From the NCBI GenBank assembly GCA_964016885.1, contig OZ024745.1:8928001-8992000 (forward strand): a DNA stretch of 64,000 bases, given 5' to 3'. This stretch comes from Eledone cirrhosa (Eukaryota). Positions 37,101-45,660 of the stretch are shown piece after piece; position 1 is the stretch's first letter, and each line of letters starts with the position of its first letter. The notes beneath the pieces were generated by a model that saw only the letters and a program-made list of their open reading frames with translations, was not told the DNA's origin and made no database searches. The position numbers were made by a program, and so were the translations under genes.

Positions 37101-38042
37101 GGCAGGCGGATCCGGTTATCAGTGGAGACTCCACCGCAACATTCTATAGAGGGCTGGTACGCAGCAGGTGCGACGACGCCCTCGGAGAAGCCCTAGACAT
37201 GGAGGAGGACGAACTGGCCAGCCTGTTCGGTAGGACATTCAGCCCGGGACCTATGGACAACTTCCAGAAGTCCCTGGCCTGGCAGTGCTACCGAGGGGCT
37301 TTACCCGTTCGAGAAAGGCTCTACAGACACGGGCGCCCGGGTAGGGACCCCGCCAAAAAGATCTGTCCCAGATGCGTGTGCGACGAGGAAACCGTTGCAC
37401 ACGCATTGGTACACTGCTCGGGCGTAGCCGATCTGTGGGGCTATGTCGAACAACTGCTGTCAAGGGTGGGACCGATCCGGTTGACCACCGAGTCTATTGT
37501 AATGATCAAGCCGCCTCCCCCCTTCAAAGATGAAGCAGAGGCGGTGTTTCTGTGCGTAATAGCCATGGCGAAAGAGGTTGTATGGTGGACGCGTCTGAAA
37601 GGACTGAGGTCAGGCACCTTTCTCTCTGGCCAACAACTGGTCCGTTTCTTCCGATATCATTTCGGAAGAAGGATCAGGATGGAGAGAGAGGTGCTGCACC
37701 CCAGTCGTTTTTATGAAAGGTGGGTGAAAGTGGCGAGAATGGCCCGTGTGAATGGGCCTTCTCTTTACATAAGCCTGTAGGTGGAAAAGAGGAAGGAACG
37801 AGGGAGCACCCCCTCTCTGTGCTCCTGAGGAAAAGGGTTGCACACTTTTTTCGGGGGTGTGTGCGACCCCCCAAGGCGCCTCCTCTCTATTGAGGATTTT
37901 GTTAAAAATTTTATTTTTTGTTATATCTTATTTTATTTTTATATTTTGTTATTGCCTCCTCCTTATTGAGGACGCCTTTTTGTGTAAACTCCCCCCTTTG
38001 TACTTGTCCCACTTTTGATGCCCTAGTGGCAAATAAAAGAAA
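34111..38042 (+). mobile_element. Tx1-clade LINE copy D (ORF1 C-terminal remnant, intact ORF2, 3' UTR)
   Basis: Pro/Thr-rich ORF1 tail ending ..MEIERPVSRDAER* at 34318, then ORF2, then a structured 3' UTR and GTGGCAAATAAAAGAAA terminus. Confidence 0.95.
34343..37780 (+). CDS. Tx1/L1-clade ORF2 polyprotein (APE endonuclease, reverse transcriptase, C-terminal zinc-binding motif), 1145 aa from ATG at 34343
   Basis: Uninterrupted ORF with GCLNARG, GDWNG, SYLDRF, SDHKLV, GPGYWKLN, KSPGLDGLP, NFRPITLLN, LDQSKAFD, RQGCPLS, YADD and CPRC-x-ETVAHALVHC. Confidence 0.95.
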   Translation: MAVLRVGCLNARGLGSSWKQAMLLNDLRSQSINVMVICEARISSMRQLAPTFDDFEMHASLCQPGGGGGVVVLLQKHMGLATQIVHLDPGGRLVVLDLGSGEGRAFRLIAAYAPFGTKRPDFFQRLESFLGTSRSLLLVGDWNGILDARWDYAGACPDREGCNSLKGLLGRFDLADRFRLDFPTVPTWSWSNRSGSSRSYLDRFLVRNKDRDFLSCPEMLMVGYSDHKLVTCMVNLDRTHRQGPGYWKLNLSLPASRAYRNRISTLVKERLTGAIVNSRWWVSLKREIRVVSIEFSKVLAADRNRKERELIDRVEEAIRSGDVARVLASRTALSQFFDAKHEGCVVRSKIRALGNEGAKAVSWARVTEANSGTKSTIRSLRDLDGRAILEPKQMCEAFQRHFARLFGRGGEPVGNVDFGPYLDGLPRLSDREAKSCEEPISAAEIEDVLGQCGKRKSPGLDGLPYELYLAMPDLFPDLLEAVYCNWQQNGRIPCTVTKGVVTLVRKDENKGDEISNFRPITLLNTELQILAKVLAKRLALVVGNLVGDAQTCAIPSRSIHDNLHLMRYIIERVGNEPGFGGALINLDQSKAFDGVDHGYLDAVLAAAGFGPVFRGWITAMHSSRICSRVKVNGYLSEPFKIARSIRQGCPLSSLLYVLTLEPLLRKLELLQGIPLEPGLRKAVSAYADDVTVMVSTASEIEAVGTLLEEYEKFTGAKLNLDKSIGLQLGTWRGRPMPSDGVVGRWTEGPVKLLGVWFGPDLQVEKNWAEVTNRVFALTQKWASCKLSLKGRAEVANTYIASVIYYRLTVVPCPRETLTKMERALFQFLWKGRAPMVRRSICCQHPSKGGLGMPWLMMRKHALRLRHLYVFLTGQPVWASFVRRTFPRLVSLTELQSWVKQRPRKLGAWHTECAQALTALWQADPVISGDSTATFYRGLVRSRCDDALGEALDMEEDELASLFGRTFSPGPMDNFQKSLAWQCYRGALPVRERLYRHGRPGRDPAKKICPRCVCDEETVAHALVHCSGVADLWGYVEQLLSRVGPIRLTTESIVMIKPPPPFKDEAEAVFLCVIAMAKEVVWWTRLKGLRSGTFLSGQQLVRFFRYHFGRRIRMEREVLHPSRFYERWVKVARMARVNGPSLYISL

Positions 38043-38888
38043 CTTATCTATCTATCTCTCTATCTCCCTATCTCCCTATCTCCCTATCTCCCTATCCCCC
38101 TATCTCTCTATCTCCCTATCTCCCTATCTCTCTATCTCCCTATCTCCCTATCTCCCTATCCCCCTATCTCTCTATCTCCCTATCTCCCTATCTCCCTATC
38201 TCCCTATCTCCCTATCCCCCTATCTCTCTATCTCCCTATCTCCCTATCTCTCTATCTCCCTATCTCCCAGCGATTCTTTGCTTAAAATTTAATCTGTTAT
38301 TGTAATAAATATAGATATACTGTGTGTATATATATATATATATATATTGGAGATTAATAAATTGGGTATAATACCAGTTTCTGACCAAATTGGGTTTAAT
38401 GATATACAGAGGCGGTGGAACTGGGTTGGGGGTACATTCCCCCCTCCAATAATTATATTTTCTCCACAAACTACCAAAACACTTCTATTTAGATGCTACA
38501 ATTTAGGTCCATGTTATGTTTATCTCATATCGAAGTTTACATACCATTTTACAGTGCAAAGAGTTTAACTAATCACAACGAAATTAACCAAATTTGCCCA
38601 CCCCTCCTTTCAGAGGCTATCTCTCTCTTTCTCTATCTCTTTCTCTCTCTCTCCCTCTTTATCTATCTATCTCTCCTATTCATCCGCCAGTCCATTCATC
38701 TAGATATCCACATACATGTATAGGTATGTATGTATATATGTATGTGTGTGTGTATGTATATATATATGTATGTATGTTTGTCTTCGCTCTATTTTATAAG
38801 GTAATACATACCGTCTCCGTGCATGAGTACACCACTCTTTATATTAACTTTCCCTCTGCGCTTCGAAAAAGTCCAAGACATCGGCTAC

Positions 38889-38926
<38 letters not shown>

Positions 38927-39016
38927 GTATACTGGTGGCTTAGTTCGGATCTAGCTGTCGAAGCGGCCGGAGCTCAACCGTTGGGGTCCTGACTCTTTTC
39001 CTATATATATATATAT

Positions 39017-39406
39017 ATTACAAAATAACAGGAGGCATGTTCTGGTGTAAATCCTTGAATGGTTTATTATACTATGATCATCTCAATGACCGGGGGGTTC
39101 AGTATGAATCCGGTGACATCATCAGGTAATTCAAAATATAACGAAGGAATATAACAGATAAAAATCCTTGGTGTTTAAATCAGAGACAAGAGGGCGGCCG
39201 ACGCAGCTACAAGCTGCTAAAATACCGGCCGCCCCCTTGTCTCTGATTTAAACACCAAGGATTTTTATCTGTTATATTCCTTCGTTATATTTTGAATTAC
39301 CTGATGATGTCACCGGATTCATACTGAACCCGGTCATTGAGATGATCATAGTATAATAAACCATTCAAGGATTTACACCAGAACATGCCTCCTGTTATTT
39401 TGTAAT
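39017..39406. mobile_element. Fold-back element (about 185-bp arms) with a hammerhead-like motif in each arm, starting at (TA)n
   Basis: Arms 39017-39200 and 39226-39406. Plus-strand motif at 39298-39353: TAC-CTGATGA-(TGTCACCGGATTCA-tac-TGAACCCGGTCATT)-GAGAT-GATC-ATA-GTA, then AATAAA. Has GAGA in place of GAAA. Confidence 0.7.
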
Positions 39407-39593
39407 AATCAACTACACAAATGCTGATGGGTGGTTGCATTATGTTGAGTGCTTTCCGTAACATTACATCGTGGCTGACCACACAGAATTACCAGTTCTA
39501 TCCAGTGGTGAACCAACAAACTCAAATAAATAAATATATATATAGAGAGAGAGATATTAGAGCAAACATCACGAGCGCTCTATCTCAAAATTA

Positions 39594-39630
39594 CTTTTGA
39601 AAAGCATTAGAAATGCGCAACCGGTAAAAA
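39594..39630 (+). ncRNA. Hammerhead-like motif, U3-A8 variant, relative of 5937/6043
   Basis: CTT-TTGAAAA-GCAT-tagaa-ATGC-GCAAC-CG-GTA-AAA. Stem II covaries relative to GCAG/CTGC; GAAAC has decayed to GCAAC. Confidence 0.5.
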
Positions 39631-39902
39631 CTTAAAACTAAAACTGAATACTAACCAATACTTATTACTAATTTATACTTATTCCTAATTAAAATATTTT
39701 TCACTGGGAAAAATTTGTCAGCATTTTCTTTTCCTTTTACTAATATATCACAACTCGTGTGTTACACCTCTATTTATATATATATATATATAATAGAGGT
39801 GTATATATATATATATCCCACCAACACCCCACTCTCCAGAGCGTGAAATTAATAAACATTTGTTGTACTGCCTCTCTGTTTTGTCCCTGTTCAAATTGTT
39901 CC

Positions 39903-39953
<51 letters not shown>

Positions 39954-40085
39954 TGATACCTTGAGATACGAGTATACCGACATACGAGTTTTTTTTAGAT
40001 ACGAGCCATCACTCGGCTAGTTTTTTGCCTTGTGATACGAGCTGAGTTTTGAGATACGAGCTACGAGCTACCGGGTGCCTGAGAG

Positions 40086-40380
40086 GGGGTGCAGAATTAA
40101 TTTCGCCACTGAATTAATTTCGCCCGGTGAACCCCAACCAAAGTTACTCCCGTCGTTTATATCCGTAAAGTGACTAAAGATTAAAACAAATGTAATATAT
40201 TTACGGTTAGGGTTAGGGTTAGGGTTGAATTAACCCTAAACCTAACCCTAACCATAACCCTAAAAAATAACCCTAACCCTAACCCTAAATTTATTACATT
40301 TGTTTTAGTCACTTTACGGATATAAAACGACGGGAGTAACTTTCGTTGGGGTTCACCGGGCGAAATTAATTCAGTAACCC
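40086..40380. mobile_element. Fold-back MITE containing inverted TTAGGG/CCCTAA repeats, nested in the Tigger 5' region
   Basis: Long inverted arms ACTGAATTAATTTCGCCCGGTGAACCCCAAC...; direct repeat CCTGAGAG on both sides (40078-40085 and 40381-40388). Confidence 0.85.
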
Positions 40381-40492
40381 CCTGAGAGCGGTCAGTCCAC
40401 GTGGTAACTTCGGTGCGCGAGCATCTCTGTTCTGTTACTGTTGTGATTTTAGTTGTTTTTGGTTTATTTCGATAAAAATCTTAGTTTCAACC

Positions 40493-42270
40493 ATGAGTCC
40501 TAAGAAAGTGAGTGCCAAGAACACTGGCGAGAAAAAGAAAAGGGTGATGTCTATGGATATTAAGCTCGAAATCGTAGAAAAACATGAGCATGGTGTGCGT
40601 GTTATTGACTTGGCAAAGGAGTACAATCGTAGTACTTCTACAATATGTAGTATTTTGAAACAAAAGGATTCAATAAAGGCTATAACACCCTTGGCTGGTG
40701 TCATAGCCTTTATTGAATCCTTTTGTTTCAAGGGTGTTAAGATAATTTCTAAGCTCCGGACCTCTGTCCATGAAGAGATGGAAAAGTTGCTGTTGGGGTG
40801 GTTGACCGAGAAGCAGCTCGCTGGAGATACCGTAACCGAGACCATCATCTGTGAGAAGGCACGAGTTATTTATGGAGATTTGGTGCGGCAGACGGTGGGA
40901 TCATCCTCGGACGAGGCATCGGAAGAGTCATTCAAAGCCAGTCGGGGATGGTTTGATAATTTAAAAAAGAGGATTGGCATTCACTCCGTCGTCAGGGATG
41001 GTGAGGCTGAAAGCTCAGATTTTAAGGCAGCTGAAGAATTTACTTCATTTTTTGGTGAACTGGTAGAAGCCGAAGGATACATCCCCCAGCAAGTCTTTAA
41101 CTGTGACGAGACAGGGCTATTTTGGAAAAAGATGCCAAGGAGAACGTACATAACAACAGAGGAGAAGAGCTTGCCAGGCCACAAACCTATGACGGATAGG
41201 TTGACTCTTGCACTGTGTGCAAATGCGAGTGGCGATTTAAAGATTAAACCACTGCTCGTATATCACTCGAAAAACCCCAGGGCCTTTAAGAGTCATAAGA
41301 TTCTTAAAGAAAAACTGCAGGTTATGTGGAGGGCAAACCCAAAGGCTTGGGTCACCAGGGAGTTTTTTGTGCAGTGAGTAAACCTGGTTTTTGGTCCTGC
41401 AGTCAAGAAGTATCTTTTGGATAATGACCTGCCCCTGAAAGCCCTACTCGTCCTTGACAATGCTCCCGCACACCCACCAAATCTCGAGGATGACATCTTA
41501 GAAGAATTCAAGTTTATTAAGGTCTTGTACCTTCCAACCAATACCACCCTATCCTTCAGCCCATGGACCAGCAGGTGATTTCGAATTTTAAAAAGCTCTT
41601 CACCAAGCATCTCTCCCGGCGCTGCTTTGAGGTTATGAAAAACACAAACCTCACCCTTCGAGAGTTCTGGAAAGAACATTACACTATCGTAGCCTGCCTC
41701 AAAATTATAGACATGGCCTGGCAGGGTGTTACAAGGAGGACCTTAAACTCTGCATGGAAGAAGCTATGACCCGAGGTTGTGTCCGAAAGGGACATCGAAG
41801 GATTCGAACCCGAACCCGAAGAGTTAGTGGAGATCGTGTCCATCGGAAAATTCATGGGCCTGGAAGTGGACGAAGGAGACGTCAACGACCTCGTCGAAGA
41901 GCTCAATGAGGAATTGACAACGGAGGGATTAAAGGAGCTACAGGACCAGCAGCATACAGAGATTTGGCAGGAAATTAATGAGGGGCCAGAGTCAGAAGAG
42001 GTAGTAATCCCTTCAAGTGAAATTAAGGAAATGTTGGGAATTTGGGAGAAACTTAATGATTTTATTGACAAACATCATCCAGAAAAAGTTGGAACAAGTC
42101 GTGCGTCGGCACTGTTTAACGACACTTGACTCACTCATTTCAGAAACATTTTAAAAGGGAGGAAGAATCAAACCTCCTTGGACAGGTTTTTATTGAAACG
42201 CCCTCAAAGCGAAGGCGAGGAAAGTGTGGCCAAAAAGCCAAAAGTCAGTGCAGATGATGATGACAATAAC
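40493..42270 (+). pseudogene. Tigger-type transposase pseudogene (CENP-B-like HTH plus DDE_1)
   Basis: FKASRGWFDN, VFNCDETGLFWKKMP, LLVLDNAPAH, QPMDQQVISNFK. In-frame TGA at 41375, 41767 and 42127, and a 1-nt deletion at about 41548. Confidence 0.93.
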
Positions 42271-42754
42271 TGAAGTACCGTACGGTACGAAAACAAAACA
42301 AAAAGTTTTTAAAAAATAGCAATTAAGTTTAGCGATTAAGTGTAGCATAGTGTGTAAGTTAAATTTAGCAATAAAAAATAGCATTAACTGCGTAGTGAGT
42401 AAGTCAAGTTAAGAGATAGAGCGCAAAATGAAAAACATTTACAGCCTCCCCCGTCATTCTCCTCCACCTCTGCCAATCACCTCCCCCACCGCCAGCTTTT
42501 TCGTCTCATCTTGAAGGTAAATACACTTAATAAATCCAGTTTATTTCTTGACATTCTCTTTTATTATGTTCTTATTTCATTATACATTATTTGTTATTTA
42601 TAAAGTATATTTTGCTTATTAAAAACACGTAACATAAATAAATTGGTGTGGTTTTGGGGGGTCAGAACGGATTAATAGCATTTCAGTTAATTTCAATGGG
42701 GAAAATTGATTTGAGATACGAGTAAATTGAGTTACGTATCTCAAGGTATCACTG

Positions 42755-42897
42755 TATTTGAAAAAAAGGAAAAGAATGACTTCACTTGTAGTTCAAAATA
42801 ATTTGATTTAATTTTAAAATATTATAATATTTTAAAATTAAATCAAATTATTTAGAACTACAAGTGAAGTCATTATTTTCCTTTTTTTTCAAATATA
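42755..42897. repeat. Fold-back inverted repeat, same family as 5650-5841
   Basis: GAATGACTTCACTTGTAGTTC..ATAATTTGATTTAATTTTAAAATAT / reverse complement; the flank CCTAACTGTACCAAGGA matches 5633-5650 reverse-complemented. Confidence 0.9.
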
Positions 42898-42946
42898 CCT
42901 AACTGTACCAAGGATCTCACACATTTTCCAATATATATATATATAT

Positions 42947-42998
<52 letters not shown>

Positions 42999-43162
42999 GT
43001 GTGTGTGTGTGTGTTCGTCCTGTTCGGGAAACCTCGGGTAATGAGGTAATTATACTGTGTTACTGTGTTGTTTATTATACATTAAATATTTAGCTCTGTT
43101 ACTTACATAGATCACTCTTCATTCCTTTTACTTTTTCCACGGAAACTTCAACACACACACAC

Positions 43163-43231
<69 letters not shown>

Positions 43232-43471
43232 AGCAGAATGAACCCCTCATTCTTGCTCTTGAGGGGCTCATTCTACTGTCATGGCTTTGGAAATGAGTCT
43301 TGTTTGCATAATTGCAAACGAGTCGAATGTTGTTATTGATAATCGAAAACCTCAGATTACATTTATTGTATTCAGCCATGTAGAGCGAAATTTTTTTTTA
43401 ATTTATATATATATATATAAATAGTTCAAAAGGACAAATAAACAAACAAACGCAGGAGTCAATAGTATATA

Positions 43472-43555
<84 letters not shown>

Positions 43556-44874
43556 GCGTGTGTGTGCGTGTGTGTGCGTAAGTGTATATACTAGAAGAAA
43601 AATAGAAATAAATTCGGTTGACTTGAGGTTCTAAATTCTTATAAAAGCCGCGGGTAAAGTTGTTACAGCAACACCTCCGACTCTAACTCTTGCATCACTT
43701 CTGTTTTATCTTTTCATCTCTCTCTCTCTCTCTCTCCTTTAATTATCTCCCTTTCTTTACCTCTTTATCTTCTCTTCAAGTCGTTTCTCTTTTGCCCTAT
43801 TTCTGTACGCTGATTTGTGATTTTATAAACGTTTAACAAGTGTTACGATGAAGGAAAGACATCTCCCAAGGTCTATTGATATTTAAAGGTTGATTCAGCA
43901 TAGCACTGTAATTGTGGTTTTATGAAAGGGAGATCACAAAAAAAAGGAAAAGAAAGGGACAAAAGAACAAAAGGTAATAAGAAAAACGAAGAGAAAGGAA
44001 AGAAAAGAAGGGGAATTTCCAATAACAATTAATATGTAAGCTTGTCGATTCTTTAGAGAAATAATCGTGGAAGGAAAGTTGGGCACTTTGATGTATTTAT
44101 TTGTCATCAATAAGAAAATAAAGAGGAAAAAAATGTCGTCTTGTTTTTCATTATATACAAAACTGCTTTCAATGTCTAATAATACATTACTGCGAAAGTG
44201 GAAACTGTAGTTTCGACCCTATAACTAAATGTTGCAAGTATAATTTTACAGACAAAGCAGGACAAAACACACAGTGATAGCAAGGTTTCGTCATGGTGCT
44301 CTTTTGTACAACGGGGTATATAAAGGTTAAAAAGGCTTCTACGGATGATAATAAGCAGTGGGGGGGGGGGGGGATTAACGGCAAGCTGATTTCGTGACTG
44401 GCATTCAATTCCTGATTGTTGATATTTTTCTTCACATATGTATCTCATCCAACACAATATAGTCAGTAAAGGCATGAATGTCACAAAATCTCCTTTTCTC
44501 TCTAATAAATCAGAGGCATGTGTCTATCTGTTCCTACTGTCAGATCACCCAGTAAGAAATCAATATTGAATGGTGAAACACTGAATATAAAGGAAGGTTC
44601 ACTGGTGAGTCGTGATTGCGACACGGTTTCAATCCTCTGTATTGGTCATTTCCTTGATTTGTGTGTTTAATGCCAGTTGAGAAATGTATGAAGGTTACAC
44701 GACCTCGTCTCTACAGTCGAAGTGTCAGGATTACACAAGAAATCGTTATTTGACAAATGGAGACTATAGAAAGAGACAGAAATTTAAAACCAACAATATT
44801 TCAATATTTTAATCGTCCGGATGAACTGAACGGATTTAAATTTCAATCTGTTTCTGTATTTTACTTTTGTCAAA

Positions 44875-45057
44875 TAATTGTTTCTACTTTTGGCACAAGG
44901 CCAGCAATTACCCCAGTGTATTACTGGTACTTTATTTTATCGACCCCGTAAGGATGAAAGGCAAAGTTAACCTCGGTGGGATTTGAACTCAGAATGGAAA
45001 GGGTCGTAACTCTTTGCGTCAAAGCATGGCATCCGACTCTCTACCGATACTGCCAAT
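44875..45057 (-). mobile_element. tRNA-derived SINE (MetaSINE-like domain)
   Basis: Highly similar to 17380-17551. Confidence 0.8.
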
Positions 45058-45164
45058 TAATGGTCAGAAGATACCTCAGCTTCCTTCAACTACTAACCAT
45101 CACTAACCATCTACAAAGCTCTGATGAACTCTACAATGGCGTACTGTTTCTACATGAGGGATGG

Positions 45165-45405
45165 TGTTGCTGCTACTGCTACTACTGCTGTTGTTACTGC
45201 TGCTGCTACCGTTGCTTCTGCTGCTGCTACTGTTACTACTACTGCTGCTACTGCTACTGTTAGTGCTGCTACTGCTACTGTTAGTGCTGCTACTACTACT
45301 GCTGTTACTGTTAGTGCTGCTACTACTACTGCTGCCACTGCTACTGTTAGTGCTGCTACTACTACTACTGCCACTGCTACTACTACTGCTGCTACTACTG
45401 CTGCA
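45165..45405. repeat. (CTA/CTG/GTT)n trinucleotide repeat
   Basis: Directly visible; source of the poly-L/A/T/S ORFs. Confidence 0.95.
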
Positions 45406-45454
45406 GAGAAAAGCCACCTGACAGACTGACATGAAGTCAAGAGCTTTCTTCAAC

Positions 45455-45650
45455 TGGGAAACGTGCAGACAACATGCCTTGCAGCATAGAGTTACGGCCC
45501 TTTACGTTCAAGTCCAGCTGACGTTAGCTTAACATTACGGAGTCGATGAAATAATGCACCAGTAATGCACTGGGGTCGATGTAATCGACTCCTCTCACCA
45601 CCACCAAAACAAACAAAAGAATGTTGGCCTTGTCCTGAATCAGAAACCTC
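45455..45650 (+). mobile_element. Degraded SINE of the same family
   Basis: ATGCCTTGCAGCAT..TTACGGCCCTTTACGTTCAAGT...GTCGATGAAATAATGCACCAGT...CTGGGGTCGATGTAATCGACT...TGGCCTTGT. Confidence 0.65.
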
Positions 45651-45660
45651 CAAATCAACA

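Larger units (their letters stand above)
39951..42754 (+). mobile_element. Tigger/pogo (Tc1-mariner superfamily) DNA transposon, full length
   Basis: Perfect 20-bp TIRs CAGTGATACCTTGAGATACG / CGTATCTCAAGGTATCACTG, TA target duplication and a transposase pseudogene. Confidence 0.95.

Noticed and set aside
34795-37874. Antisense and alternate-frame ORFs within the Tx1 copies
   Set aside because: Shadow ORFs of a GC-rich coding region, recurring only because the copies are homologous.
40200-40290. Head-to-head TTAGGG/CCCTAA as an ancient telomere fusion
   Set aside because: Very short, and enclosed in a fold-back element with a target-site duplication.
43231-43335. Two hairpins (CAGCAGAATGAACCCCTCA.. 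and CTTGTTTGCA-taat-TGCAAACGAG) as a ribozyme
   Set aside because: Hairpins are real but the catalytic core nucleotides are missing; probably a decayed repeat end.
45103-45453. Poly-Ser/Ala/Thr/Leu ORFs resembling mucin or antifreeze proteins
   Set aside because: Trinucleotide repeat open in most frames, flanked by SINEs, with no splice or gene context.
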